Below, piece after piece: positions 39,076 to 49,815 of a DNA stretch of 64,000 nt. Every line of letters starts with the position of its first letter. Position 1 is the stretch's first letter. Both the position numbers and the translations under genes were made by a program. The DNA is from Candidatus Cloacimonadales bacterium (GTDB lineage Bacteria > Cloacimonadota > Cloacimonadia > Cloacimonadales > JAFGVF01): assembly GCA_963678315.1 (NCBI GenBank), contig OY782781.1, forward strand, positions 1,760,001 through 1,824,000, written 5' to 3'. Below the pieces are notes generated by a model. The model saw nothing but the letters and a program-made list of their open reading frames with translations, searched no databases and was not told where the DNA came from.

Positions 39076-39594
39076 ATGAAAGTTCTGCTAGTGTCAGATA
39101 CACATAAAAATATACCCCTCCTCACTGAAGTACTTAATATGCATGAATTTGATATTCTAGTACATCTTGGAGATTATTATGAAGACCCAATAAAAGCAGG
39201 TTTCAAAAAATACTGTAAAACTCTCTATAGAGTTCCTGGAATTTATCATCCTGCCTATATATCAGGAGAAATAGATGCCATAGATAAACTAGATTTTGTA
39301 TCTATTCCTACATATATTGTGCATAGTATTGATGATATAAGTTTGACAGATATTGATAATAGCATAATCTTTTATGGACATACTCACATCCAAAAGATTG
39401 AGAAAGTTGGGTCAAACTTGTTAATTAATCCAGGACATTTAAAGCTAGAAAGGGATAGAGGGCAGTCTTGTTCATACATTATTCTAGAGGTTGAACATGA
39501 TAAGGTTATTGTGAATATGTATGAAGTTAGAAGTGGTTTGAAAAAGAAAGTTATAATAAAAGATAAAGAAAAATTGGAGCTAAAGATATGCTAG
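39076..39594 (+). CDS. Metallophosphoesterase (YfcE-like)
   Basis: SDTH, HLGD, YGHTH, INPG. Confidence 0.85.
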   Translation: MKVLLVSDTHKNIPLLTEVLNMHEFDILVHLGDYYEDPIKAGFKKYCKTLYRVPGIYHPAYISGEIDAIDKLDFVSIPTYIVHSIDDISLTDIDNSIIFYGHTHIQKIEKVGSNLLINPGHLKLERDRGQSCSYIILEVEHDKVIVNMYEVRSGLKKKVIIKDKEKLELKIC

Positions 39595-40568
39595 ATAATT
39601 ACATACCTAATAATGAGAATAGTTACTCATTAAATCAACTAATTGCAGAGATTAGAAAGGTCATAGTTGGACAAGATTACATGATTGAAAGGATTCTTAT
39701 AGGTCTTTTAGCAGATGGACATATCTTAATTGAAGGTGTTCCAGGATTAGCAAAAACCTTGGCAATTAGCACTGTTGCCAAAGCACTCAAAGTTTCTTTT
39801 AAAAGAATTCAGTTTACTCCAGATTTATTACCAGCCGATATTACTGGAACCTTGATTTATAATCAAAAGACTAGTGAATTTATACCTAAGAAGGGTCCAA
39901 TATTTTCGAATTTCGTATTAGCTGACGAAATTAATAGAGCACCTTCAAAAGTACAGTCTGCTCTTCTTGAAGCTATGCAGGAAAAACAGATAACTCTTGG
40001 AGATACAACCTACAAACTCGAAAAACCTTTCTTAGTCTTAGCAACTCAAAATCCTTTAGAACAAGAAGGAACTTATCCTCTTCCTGAAGCTCAATTGGAT
40101 AGATTTATGCTTAAATTACAAGTTGAATATCCAAGTAAAGAAGAAGAAAAAGAAATTCTTAGAAGAATGGTTAAGAATACATCTATTGAAGTTAATCCAG
40201 TATTTTCTCCAGAGGATATCTTTAAAATGCGTAAAGAGGTTGAAGAAGTTTATATAGATGAAAAGCTATACGACTATATAATAGACATAGTTTTTGCAAC
40301 AAGGTTTCCATCTAAATATAGAAATCTAAAAGATCTAGAAAGCTATATTGAGTGTGGAGCTTCTCCGAGAGCAACAATCAATATTGCTAGAGCAGCTAAA
40401 GCTCATGCTTATTTACAAGGTCGAAACTTTGTGATTCCTGATGATATAAAGGCTATCAGCAAAGATGTTTTACGACACAGAATAATACTTTCTTATGAAG
40501 CTGAAGCAGAACAGTTGAGTAGTGATTTAATCATAGAAAAAATATTTGATGAAGTAGAAGTTCCGTAA
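39588..40568 (+). CDS. moxR: MoxR family AAA+ ATPase
   Basis: EGVPGLAKT, RIQFTPDLLPADITG, ADEINRA, ATQNPLEQEGTYPLPEAQLDRF. Confidence 0.95.
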   Translation: MLDNYIPNNENSYSLNQLIAEIRKVIVGQDYMIERILIGLLADGHILIEGVPGLAKTLAISTVAKALKVSFKRIQFTPDLLPADITGTLIYNQKTSEFIPKKGPIFSNFVLADEINRAPSKVQSALLEAMQEKQITLGDTTYKLEKPFLVLATQNPLEQEGTYPLPEAQLDRFMLKLQVEYPSKEEEKEILRRMVKNTSIEVNPVFSPEDIFKMRKEVEEVYIDEKLYDYIIDIVFATRFPSKYRNLKDLESYIECGASPRATINIARAAKAHAYLQGRNFVIPDDIKAISKDVLRHRIILSYEAEAEQLSSDLIIEKIFDEVEVP

Positions 40569-40569
40569 A

Positions 40570-41445
40570 ATGGATGCTAAAGAGATAATTAAGAAAATAA
40601 AGAAGATTGAGATTTCAACTAAGAACATTGTTGAAGAGATGTTCGCAGGGGAATATCATTCTCTTTTCAAAGGGCAAGGATTAGAATTCTCAGAAGTAAG
40701 AGAATATACTCCTGGGGATAATTATCGTCTTATAGATTGGAATGTTACAGCTAGGAGTCAAAAGCCTTTCATTAAAACATTTGAAGAGACAAGGGAACTA
40801 AATGTACTCTTTTTAGTTGATTGTTCTTCTTCTAACATATTTGGAACAAAGAACCAACTAAAATCTGAGTATATAGCTGAGATAACAGCTGTTCTATCTT
40901 TCTCTGCTTTGATGAATCAAGACAAGTGCGGACTTCTTATGTTCTCAGATGAGATTGAGAAATACATCCCTCCTCGCAAAGGAAAGAAAGCAGCTCTACA
41001 AATGTTAAGAGAGATTCTTTTTTACGAAGCAAAGAATCATGGGACTAATATCAAAAAAGCTCTGCAATTCATATCCAAAGTTATAAAAAAGAGATCAATT
41101 ATCTTTATTATATCTGACTTTATTGATAATAGTTATACTGATTCCCTTAAGTATTTAGGACGAAAGCATGATGTTATTGCAATTAAAGTAACTGATCCCG
41201 CAGAGGAAGAACTACCAAATGCTGGCTTACTTAGGGTTTTTGATCCTGAAACAAATCAAAATATGATGATAAATACTTCAAGTAAAAGAATTAGGAAGCT
41301 TTACTCACGAGAATCACAGAAGTTAGAGAATATTACTGACAGTATCTTTAAAGATTCCCAAATTGATTTGCTGAAACTCAGAACAGATCAATCTTATGTT
41401 AAAGAACTGCAAAAGTATTTTAAAAAGAGGCTCAGAAGAAAATGA
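40570..41445 (+). CDS. DUF58 domain protein
   Basis: GQGLEFSEVREY, IDWNVTAR, FIISDF; follows moxR. Confidence 0.9.
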   Translation: MDAKEIIKKIKKIEISTKNIVEEMFAGEYHSLFKGQGLEFSEVREYTPGDNYRLIDWNVTARSQKPFIKTFEETRELNVLFLVDCSSSNIFGTKNQLKSEYIAEITAVLSFSALMNQDKCGLLMFSDEIEKYIPPRKGKKAALQMLREILFYEAKNHGTNIKKALQFISKVIKKRSIIFIISDFIDNSYTDSLKYLGRKHDVIAIKVTDPAEEELPNAGLLRVFDPETNQNMMINTSSKRIRKLYSRESQKLENITDSIFKDSQIDLLKLRTDQSYVKELQKYFKKRLRRK

Positions 41446-42389
41446 GGCGTTTTATAATATTAATTAGTTTATTATTAGTTTTTACTGGTATATTCGCTCA
41501 AGAGGTATTGTTTGAGCAAAGTAATGATGTTCCAAATCCTCTTAAAGTGATGTATCCTTTCTCAGTAAAAGTTAAATTTGATAAGAATTTTAGTTATCTA
41601 AAAGCAAACTTAGTTGATGACAAAGATATAATGGTTGCGGATCAAGAATCATTAACTGCAAGTTCAACAGATAGCCTTGTCGTTAAACTAGTCGCTACGA
41701 GAACAGGTCTTATAGAAGTTGCTCCTATAAAGTTGTTATTATTCGATGAAATAGGTACTGATACCTTACTAACTAGTCCTTTTAAAATTGATGTCATAGC
41801 TTTAACTGATTCAACTTCAGTTATTACAGATATCAAGACAGTTAAAACCGATAGTGACCCTTTAACTCTTAAGAGTAATTTTGATTGGTTAACCAGTTGG
41901 ACGTTTTGGATTATTGTTATTTCTGCAATCTTGTTATTGATTATAGGCTTTATAATTTATAGAAAGTGGGACTATATTAGAAGCTTACTAGTCAAAACTG
42001 GAATTCTTGAAGATGATGAAGTTTTACCTGTTTGGGATTTAACTATTCAAGAACTCTTAAATATCAAGCAAAGAATGTTATTAACTGAAACTAATAAATA
42101 CAAATTCTCAATCGAAGAGTCTTTAGTTATTAGAAGATTTTTAGAAGGATACTATAACTTTCCTGCAGCTGAAAAAACAACCTTAGAACTCAAGAATATG
42201 CTTACTAAATACAGAGTTAAAGAGGGAATAAAAATCATTGATATACTCCAAAAACTTGATATAATCAAATATACAGAGGGCAAACAAGATAATAGTAACT
42301 TTAAATCTGAAGACATACATGCTTGGTTTTCAAAATATGTTTCAGATATTAAAAAGTATGAAGAATCGAAAGAAGAAAAAAGAGGGTAA
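41442..42389 (+). CDS. Bat-operon membrane protein (signal peptide, one TM)
   Basis: Position between DUF58 and batA; AAEKTTLEL motif. Confidence 0.65.
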   Translation: MRRFIILISLLLVFTGIFAQEVLFEQSNDVPNPLKVMYPFSVKVKFDKNFSYLKANLVDDKDIMVADQESLTASSTDSLVVKLVATRTGLIEVAPIKLLLFDEIGTDTLLTSPFKIDVIALTDSTSVITDIKTVKTDSDPLTLKSNFDWLTSWTFWIIVISAILLLIIGFIIYRKWDYIRSLLVKTGILEDDEVLPVWDLTIQELLNIKQRMLLTETNKYKFSIEESLVIRRFLEGYYNFPAAEKTTLELKNMLTKYRVKEGIKIIDILQKLDIIKYTEGKQDNSNFKSEDIHAWFSKYVSDIKKYEESKEEKRG

Positions 42390-42392
42390 AAG

Positions 42393-43373
42393 ATGATTCA
42401 GTTTGAAAACAAATGGATGTTATTAGCTTTATTGGTTATACCTTTCTATATCTTCTTGCAACACTATTTTACTAAGAAGTATGCAACAAAGATACCTTTC
42501 TCTAAAGCTAGTTATTTATTGAGAACATTAGTTAAAGGAAGTAAGTTCTCTAGCTTAGATATTATTCGATATCTAGCTTTAACAATCTTGATTTTCTCGC
42601 TATCAGAACCACAAATTGAAAGTGGTACTAAGGTAGAAGGTATTTGGCAGAGATCTGATACAGATGTTGTTATTTGTTTGGATGTAAGTGGTTCAATGTT
42701 AGCAGAGACCTATAATCAATTTTCCAGCAAAAGAGGACTCTCGAATAGACTAGAAGATGCTAAAATGGTTATTGATAATTTCATTGAAGGACTAAATAAT
42801 CAGCAAGTTGCTCTTGTTACGTTCTCTAATAGTGCTGAGATTCTTACACCATTATCTGATGATTATAATCTGGTTTCAACAAAGTGTAATGAAATTGCAA
42901 TTAATCGTAATCAGCAAGCATTGACTTCAATTGGTATGGGAATAGCTTTATCATCAGCAATTCTTAAAGATTCTCCAGCAAAATCTAAGTTTATTATACT
43001 GATTACGGATGGTGTAAATACTACAGGGCAATACTCTCCTTTAGAAGCTACAAAATCTTTTGCGGTTCCTTTTGATATACGTATTTATCCAATAGGATTT
43101 GATGCTTCTGCTGCAATGGTAAAATCATCTGTGGATATTGAAACTTTGAATGAGATAGCAAAGTTAACAGGTACTGGACAAGCAGGAAGAGCGAGTTCGA
43201 GTAAAGACTTAGATGACTTAGTTAAGAAGATTAGTGAATCAGAGAAAATACATGAAAAGAAGGAACTTCCGGTTGCATATAAATCGATTCATGTCTATTT
43301 GCTCATCTTATCACTGATTCTTTTATTCGTTGAATTGATAGCAAGAAAAGTACTCTATTATGAGTTCCAATAA
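42393..43373 (+). CDS. batA: BatA-like vWA domain protein
   Basis: DVSGSM MIDAS, ILITDG, terminal TM helices. Confidence 0.8.
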   Translation: MIQFENKWMLLALLVIPFYIFLQHYFTKKYATKIPFSKASYLLRTLVKGSKFSSLDIIRYLALTILIFSLSEPQIESGTKVEGIWQRSDTDVVICLDVSGSMLAETYNQFSSKRGLSNRLEDAKMVIDNFIEGLNNQQVALVTFSNSAEILTPLSDDYNLVSTKCNEIAINRNQQALTSIGMGIALSSAILKDSPAKSKFIILITDGVNTTGQYSPLEATKSFAVPFDIRIYPIGFDASAAMVKSSVDIETLNEIAKLTGTGQAGRASSSKDLDDLVKKISESEKIHEKKELPVAYKSIHVYLLILSLILLFVELIARKVLYYEFQ

Positions 43374-43382
43374 GAGGTTTAT

Positions 43383-44387
43383 ATGATTTGGGGTAATGAA
43401 TATTCGGAACTAATTATTTATGTTGGAATTGTCTCAGTGTTAGTATTAGTCGTTGGGATTATTATATTGACTGGTAGATTAAGAAAACTAAAATTTTCTA
43501 AGTTTGCAGAAGCAAGATTCTTTAATTTTTATAATCAAGGCTTTATTGATTTTTTCTGGAATCTAAAAACAGTTCTTTTTGGTTTTGCATTAGCGCTAAT
43601 TTTACTTGGTATAGCTTCTCCAAAATGGGGTAAGAAAGAAACAGACTACGTCCGCTCTGGCATAGATATAGTAGTAATGCTTGATGTCTCAAAGAGCATG
43701 GATGTAGCTGATGTGTCTCCATCTAGATTAAAACGTTCATTATCTTTAATTAGTATGTTATCCGATAAGTTACAGGGTGATAGAATTTCTTTAATCACTT
43801 TTGCTGGTGAAGCTAAAACAGTATTTCCGTTTACAGATAATATAACTATAGCAAAATCTTTATCTAATCTTGTAAATACTGATGATGTAAAGGTTATGGG
43901 AACTAATATCCCAGTTGCTCTTGCTCATGCAGAAGAACTGATAGAGCGTTCTGCGAAGAAGAATGTAGTGATTTTTCTCTTTAGTGATGGAGAGAATCTT
44001 GAGAAATCAGAAAAGCATATCATGAGTAAAGTGAAAGATTTAAATAGAAAAGGTGCTAAAATATATTCTATTGGAGTGGGTACACCAAACGGAGAACTTC
44101 TTAGTGATGATAAATCTGTTAGATCTAAACTTAATGAGGATCTTTTAACTAAGATTGCTGATGAAACAGGTGGTAAGTACATAAGCTTAAATTCTGAGAC
44201 TAATTCTGTTCAAGAGTTAGAAGAGATAATTAAAGATTATGATAAGAATAGATATATGTCCAAGAATCCACTATTTTACAAAGACCAGTTCTGGTTACCA
44301 GTTTTGATTGCAATAATATTATTAATTATTGAGTCTTTTATTCCATACAACAAAAAAATAAAATTTAAACGCTACATAGAGAGTTAA
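43383..44387 (+). CDS. batB: BatB-like vWA domain protein
   Basis: PKWG, LDVSKSMDVADVSPSRL, FSDGE, IGVGT. Confidence 0.8.
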   Translation: MIWGNEYSELIIYVGIVSVLVLVVGIIILTGRLRKLKFSKFAEARFFNFYNQGFIDFFWNLKTVLFGFALALILLGIASPKWGKKETDYVRSGIDIVVMLDVSKSMDVADVSPSRLKRSLSLISMLSDKLQGDRISLITFAGEAKTVFPFTDNITIAKSLSNLVNTDDVKVMGTNIPVALAHAEELIERSAKKNVVIFLFSDGENLEKSEKHIMSKVKDLNRKGAKIYSIGVGTPNGELLSDDKSVRSKLNEDLLTKIADETGGKYISLNSETNSVQELEEIIKDYDKNRYMSKNPLFYKDQFWLPVLIAIILLIIESFIPYNKKIKFKRYIES

Positions 44388-44390
44388 AAT

Positions 44391-45362
44391 ATGAAAAAGG
44401 TTATATTTCTTGTCTTATTATCAGTTCTAGTATGTAGTCTTATGGGCTCTAGAGTTAATCGAGAGAATAATAAAGGGACAGAATTGTTTCTTGATTCTTT
44501 ATATACTGAAGCAGAAGAACACTTCAAAGTTGCTCTAGAAGAAGATGAGTTTAACCCCATTGTTAATTACAATTATGGCTTGAACTTACTTAAAAAGTAT
44601 CAAGATTTCAAGAGTCGAGATGATTTGAAGCAGGCGATAGATTACATGTCAAAAGCTAAGCAAGATACAGTTAAATCATTAGATTATCTCGCAAGTTATA
44701 ACTTAGGAAATTTATACTACTTCAATGAGGAATATGATAAGGCTCTTGAAGAGTATAGTTCAGCAGCCTCCTTATTAGATTCTACAGCAGTAGATTTAGA
44801 TTTAGTATATAACACAGCCAATACAATCTACAAACTAACAGAGAAAGAATCGTCTAAAGATAGTCTTTTAACTCTAGTAGCTAGTATGTATAATTCAATC
44901 ATTGAGGATGTTCCTGATAATGAGAAAGCTAATATTTTACATAATCTTGGGAATGTATGTATGCAAAAACAGGATTTTCAAGGAGCTGTTGAACAATATA
45001 GCAAAGCTCTGCTAAGCAATCCTTATGATGATGAAACTAGGTATAACTATGAAATAGCTTTGCGTAAGCTAAAAGAACAAGAACAACAAAATCAACAAAA
45101 GCAGGACCAGAAACAACAAGATAAGAAGCAAGATAAGAAAGAGCAAAAGCAGGATAAACAGAATCAACAAAATCAAAAAGAACAGCAGAAAAAGGAATCT
45201 GAAAGAAAGCAAGATGAGTATAAGCAGATGAATAAGAAAGAGAAGCAGAAGTTAGATGCAGAAAAGAAATTAAATGCTCTAATACAACAGCAATCACAAG
45301 ATAAAAAAGATAAAGACAAGAAGCCTGTGATTAAGGTGCCACCATCAGGAAGGTTCTGGTAA
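44391..45362 (+). CDS. batC: BatC-like TPR protein with Q/K-rich tail
   Basis: YNLGN and HNLGN TPR motifs, Q/K low-complexity region, terminal W. Confidence 0.75.
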   Translation: MKKVIFLVLLSVLVCSLMGSRVNRENNKGTELFLDSLYTEAEEHFKVALEEDEFNPIVNYNYGLNLLKKYQDFKSRDDLKQAIDYMSKAKQDTVKSLDYLASYNLGNLYYFNEEYDKALEEYSSAASLLDSTAVDLDLVYNTANTIYKLTEKESSKDSLLTLVASMYNSIIEDVPDNEKANILHNLGNVCMQKQDFQGAVEQYSKALLSNPYDDETRYNYEIALRKLKEQEQQNQQKQDQKQQDKKQDKKEQKQDKQNQQNQKEQQKKESERKQDEYKQMNKKEKQKLDAEKKLNALIQQQSQDKKDKDKKPVIKVPPSGRFW

Positions 45363-47089
45363 TGAAGAAGCTACTTATAATATTAGTAATTCTATCTTCT
45401 GTATTTATACTCTCAGGTAATGTTACAGTTGATACAGATATTTCTTCTACTACAATCGGACTTGAAGATGTACTTACCTGGAAAGTTAGTGCTGAATCTG
45501 ATAAACAAGAAGATCTTGATATTAAGATTGATTTTAAAGATTTTGATTTCACAGTCTACGGTCCAAGTGTATCTTCAGGAACATCAATAAGCTTTGTTAA
45601 TGGTCGCTCTACAACAGCTCAATCAAAAGATTATACTTATACTCTCAAACCTAACAAAAAAGGTAAACTTCAAATTCCTTCAATGAAGATTATCGTTAAT
45701 AACAAGACATATTATTCTAAGGAATATGTTATTGATGTTAAAGAAGGCTCATTAGCTAGACGCCATGCACCCAATCGATTTGGTAGATCTTCTATTTTTG
45801 ATGATTTTTTTGGAAGTCCAGAACCCAGAAGAAGAAGTAGGGAAGAGGTATTTGTTGAAGTTGAATTTTCTAATCAGAATGTATACTTCGGAGAAGAAGT
45901 TGAGGTTAAATATATAGTCTATAACAATTTTGAGATGTTTGGTTATAATCTATCTATAGAACCTCATGTTGGTTATGGCTATGTCCTTACTGAAGAAGGT
46001 GAAAAACGATTCCAAAGAGTTAGGAAAGATGGTAAAATATATAATCGTAAAGTTATTGGAACTTATACAATAACTCCTAACATAACAGGTAAGATTAAAG
46101 TTCCAACTGTTAATATCATCAATCAATTCTATGGCTCAACTTATAAGAGCCCAGATAAATATGTTAATGTGAAAGCTCTTCCTGAGAAGAATAAAAGTAT
46201 TGATTTCTCTAACGGTATAGGTAAATTTACTATTAAAGCTAAATTATCACGTCATACGTTGCTAGTTAACAATCAATGTGATTTGATTGTAGAGATAGAA
46301 GGACAGGGTAATCTTGAAGATGTTATTTATCCTGAAGCTCCAGAAATCGAAGGAATTGAGTTTTTAGATCCTACAGGTGAATTAATACAAGATGCAGAAA
46401 ACAATAAATTAGTTTTAAAATATACTATTATACCTTCTGAGGTTGGTAAATTTATAATCCCTCCGATGTCATTCAATTTCTTTGATAAAGATAAGAAAGA
46501 TTATGTAACAGTCTATTCTGGAGAAGAAGTTTTGAAAGTTGCTTCTAATGGAAATTATAAATTAGCAGGAAATTCTAGTGATCAATTTTATACTAGAAAT
46601 AAACCCTTTATGGGGAAAATCAGTCATGAGATTATCTTATTCCATAAATCATGGTATTGGCTTTTATTAGCTATTGCTCTCATCTCTCTTATCGCTTACC
46701 TAGTTTTATACAAAATTTCTAAGCTAAGGAATAGTAACATTTCTTATGTTAGAAGGACTAGTGCAGAAAAGAAACTAAAGGAAGCTATCAAAAATGCTGA
46801 GGAGCAATCTACTTTAAACAGTACAGCCTTCTATAGTATTATTGAGAATAGTTTGCTTAGCTTCATTGCAAAGGTTACAGGTGTATCATTACAGAAATCC
46901 CAAGAAGAAATTATTCAAGCTCTAGAAAATAGCTATATAAAGAAAGTAACAGCAGAAAAGATTAATTACATGCTAAAGCATTGTGAAAGAATAAAATTTC
47001 AACCTAATAGTTCTAATCCTCAAAATCTAGAAAATGATCTAAATAGGTTTAAAGATATTTTTAAGGAGATTGTTAATGCAAGTAAGTAA
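45362..47089 (+). CDS. batD: BatD-like protein
   Basis: Signal peptide, SFVNG, IEGQGNL, FNFFD, C-terminal TM. Confidence 0.78.
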   Translation: MKKLLIILVILSSVFILSGNVTVDTDISSTTIGLEDVLTWKVSAESDKQEDLDIKIDFKDFDFTVYGPSVSSGTSISFVNGRSTTAQSKDYTYTLKPNKKGKLQIPSMKIIVNNKTYYSKEYVIDVKEGSLARRHAPNRFGRSSIFDDFFGSPEPRRRSREEVFVEVEFSNQNVYFGEEVEVKYIVYNNFEMFGYNLSIEPHVGYGYVLTEEGEKRFQRVRKDGKIYNRKVIGTYTITPNITGKIKVPTVNIINQFYGSTYKSPDKYVNVKALPEKNKSIDFSNGIGKFTIKAKLSRHTLLVNNQCDLIVEIEGQGNLEDVIYPEAPEIEGIEFLDPTGELIQDAENNKLVLKYTIIPSEVGKFIIPPMSFNFFDKDKKDYVTVYSGEEVLKVASNGNYKLAGNSSDQFYTRNKPFMGKISHEIILFHKSWYWLLLAIALISLIAYLVLYKISKLRNSNISYVRRTSAEKKLKEAIKNAEEQSTLNSTAFYSIIENSLLSFIAKVTGVSLQKSQEEIIQALENSYIKKVTAEKINYMLKHCERIKFQPNSSNPQNLENDLNRFKDIFKEIVNASK

Positions 47090-47861
47090 AATGTATAAAT
47101 ATGTGATAATCATTTTGTTTATGATTAATCTATCCTCTTTAATGAGTAGTAACCTAAAAGATACTAACATAACTTTTTCAGCTGGACTGGATTACTTTTC
47201 TAAAGCCCAGTATGAAGAAGCTCTTGATAAGTTTGAGCATTTAGAGAAATTCTCTAATGATCCAAATTTATATTATAATATTGGAACGTGTCATTATCAG
47301 CTAAACAATATTGGCAAGGCAGTCTTGTATTATAAACGTGGACTCTTGCTTGATAGTTCTAATCAAAGAATTCGTGATGCACTTGCAAGCATAGAAGAAC
47401 AAATTATTAACACTGATGATTATTCTCAAAGCTTTTTAAATAGATTGATTATGGATAGCTATAATTATTTAAGTCTTAACAGGTTAGCATGGCTGACTTT
47501 ATTTTGTATATTTCTTTTTGGCTTAATGTTATTTCTTTCATTGTCTAGTAAGTTGAATATCTCAGTTCTTGCAAAAAGATTTTATTTAACCTTCTCAGTA
47601 TTCTTACTCGCTTCAGTAGTTACTATTTCATTCATTAAGTACATTTCATTCAAAAACAATGACCAAATAGTTATTATAGAAGATAAAACAATTATTAAGA
47701 AAGCTGATGAGAATAGGGTTTTGCTTACTCAGAAGAAGTTAAAAGCTGGTACAACTCTTAAATATCTTGGTCAGAAAGATGATAATTCTATTGTTGCACT
47801 TCCTAATGGAGAACGTATACTCATAGATAAAGATTCATACAGTTTTGTTAAAGCAAAGTAG
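47070..47861 (+). CDS. batE: BatE-like TPR protein (true start may be slightly downstream)
   Basis: LYYNIGTCHYQLNNIGKAVLYYKRGL, two TM helices, last gene of bat cluster. Confidence 0.72.
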   Translation: MLMQVSKMYKYVIIILFMINLSSLMSSNLKDTNITFSAGLDYFSKAQYEEALDKFEHLEKFSNDPNLYYNIGTCHYQLNNIGKAVLYYKRGLLLDSSNQRIRDALASIEEQIINTDDYSQSFLNRLIMDSYNYLSLNRLAWLTLFCIFLFGLMLFLSLSSKLNISVLAKRFYLTFSVFLLASVVTISFIKYISFKNNDQIVIIEDKTIIKKADENRVLLTQKKLKAGTTLKYLGQKDDNSIVALPNGERILIDKDSYSFVKAK

Positions 47862-48037
47862 CCTTTCAACTCAATAAAACTGATTAGCTATAAAGAAAAA
47901 GCTTATGTTATTTACAAGTCTTTCTGCCTTTTGAAAAAAATATATGTATAAACTTATTTTATAAAGTACAAAATAAATTTGTTTTTGTAAAAAACAAAGC
48001 AAAAACACACAGACTTATAGCTTTGGCAAAAATCTAG

Positions 48038-48067
48038 AAAGAGCTTTGATTATTCAAAGCTCTTTTT
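48038..48067. terminator. Likely bidirectional terminator between convergent operons
   Basis: aaagagctttga-ttat-tcaaagctcttt-tt. Confidence 0.7.
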
Positions 48068-48091
48068 CAATATGTTTTGGGCTACACCTTT

Positions 48092-49282
48092 CTATAAGAG
48101 TGCATCTTCTTTTAAATCATATAAGTTTTCAATAATCTTTAGACCATCGAACTTAAAATGTTTGATATCTAAATCTTTAATCAAATCATCGATATCTACA
48201 TCGAATTGAAAATTATCAAAGTCTTCAGTATGCTTAAAAATATTATTACGTTCTGCAATTTCAACTGAAAAATCTTTTATTTCATCATTTCTTTTTACTT
48301 TAATTGATATTTTATCTCCAACATTATGTCGCTGGATTTCTTCTATGAAATCTTTGATTGATGTAACTTCCATATCTCCTATTGAAATGACAATATCATC
48401 TTTTTCTAATCCTGCTTTGCCTGCTGGGCTTTCTGGCATCACTTCTTCAATAACTAGACCTGACTTCTTCCCATTAACATTGGAATAACTGACCTTTACT
48501 CCGATAACATTATTATCTTGAGAATCAAATTTAAACATATAAGTTTTTTTATTCTTGTTATCAAACCAATCTGCATCTAAAAAAGAACTTGAATTGCTGA
48601 GGATTTGGGATAAATCGCTTTCTCCAAGCTCTACTTCTATTTTCCTTTCTTTTTCTTGAGAAGCTTTATAAACTAGAAGTTTAACTATATCTCCTGGTTT
48701 ATAATTCTTAAGCATACTAGCTAATTGTCCATGAGTGTATACTTTTTCACCATCCATTTTCATTATGATGTCATTAGGCTCAAGTCCAGCTTCATAAGCA
48801 GGTGAATCTTCTATAATAGTTGACAGAATCACACCATAATTGTTATTGTAGTTTAAATCTTTTTTTATTATAGAAGTTAGGGTTCCAGAAATAATACCTA
48901 GATATGCGCTTCTTGGTTGAACATCTTCTCGGGATCCTAACTCTATTTTTTTTGATATCTCTTCATTCTTACGTAAAATTACAAGTTTAACTTCATCACC
49001 TTTTTCTTTAACTGATAACATCTTAGATAATTGATTAGAAGTGTATATTTTTTCTCCATCTAGCTTTAGAACAATATCTCCAACTTCTAAATTAGCATTA
49101 TGTGCAGGACTTTTGTCAATAATTTCTTCAATCACCAGACCTTTGTTTTCTAGCTTATTTTTGGCATACTCATCTGAAGTAGGTTCTCTTAATAATACAC
49201 CAAGAAAACCCTCTGCAAATAGGACGCTACTAGTAATAAATAAGACAGTGGTTAATATTATTTTGACTGGATTCTTAATCAT
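48092..49282 (-). CDS. Exported protein with three PDZ domains and no protease domain
   Basis: Signal peptide; three units GFLGV/AYLGI/VIGV ... SPA..A.L...D. Confidence 0.85.
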   Translation of the reverse strand: MIKNPVKIILTTVLFITSSVLFAEGFLGVLLREPTSDEYAKNKLENKGLVIEEIIDKSPAHNANLEVGDIVLKLDGEKIYTSNQLSKMLSVKEKGDEVKLVILRKNEEISKKIELGSREDVQPRSAYLGIISGTLTSIIKKDLNYNNNYGVILSTIIEDSPAYEAGLEPNDIIMKMDGEKVYTHGQLASMLKNYKPGDIVKLLVYKASQEKERKIEVELGESDLSQILSNSSSFLDADWFDNKNKKTYMFKFDSQDNNVIGVKVSYSNVNGKKSGLVIEEVMPESPAGKAGLEKDDIVISIGDMEVTSIKDFIEEIQRHNVGDKISIKVKRNDEIKDFSVEIAERNNIFKHTEDFDNFQFDVDIDDLIKDLDIKHFKFDGLKIIENLYDLKEDALL

Positions 49283-49290
49283 ACTTTACC

Positions 49291-49815
49291 TCACATTTTT
49301 CTTATTACTTTCCTATTGTTATTACTTTCAATTTCGTTAATCAAGATAATACCATCAGAATTTTCTCTTTGAATTTTTCTAATCATATATATCTTTCCTT
49401 CTTCAAAATCATCAGGATTTATAGAATTGATAGTTTGAATATTATTGTTGTTTACGACATTATACTGCTTGTCCTTCTGTGTTTCCATCTTGTTTTTTGC
49501 TATAGCAGACAAGCCTTCAAAACCATTGATTTGTTCATTATTGTCACTTTCAACTGATTTAGTTACTTCAGTTTTTGGTGAATTCTCTCCCATAACTAGA
49601 TTATTTGCTTTACTTGCTAGAGAAGGCTTAATTACTAGAACCATGGAAAGTATTAAAAATAAAAATGCACTACTAAGGGCAAACCTAAATGAATTATGAT
49701 AAGTTTTTCTAAAGTACTTATTTTGTATCTTATCTCTTAATTCATACTTCAAAGAAATATCTTCAATTTCGGGAATCTTAAGGTTTGCAAGCCTTTCTTC
49801 AAATTTCTCCATCAT
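49291..49815 (-). CDS. Single-TM protein, putative anti-sigma factor
   Basis: Overlaps ECF sigma stop; short N-terminal domain then one TM. Confidence 0.55.
   Translation of the reverse strand: MMEKFEERLANLKIPEIEDISLKYELRDKIQNKYFRKTYHNSFRFALSSAFLFLILSMVLVIKPSLASKANNLVMGENSPKTEVTKSVESDNNEQINGFEGLSAIAKNKMETQKDKQYNVVNNNNIQTINSINPDDFEEGKIYMIRKIQRENSDGIILINEIESNNNRKVIRKM

Noticed and set aside
45070..45320. CAA/AAG-rich low-complexity stretch
   Set aside because: Ordinary Q/K-rich linker of BatC-like proteins
39588..47861. moxR-DUF58-bat cluster as a novel system
   Set aside because: Well-known conserved operon
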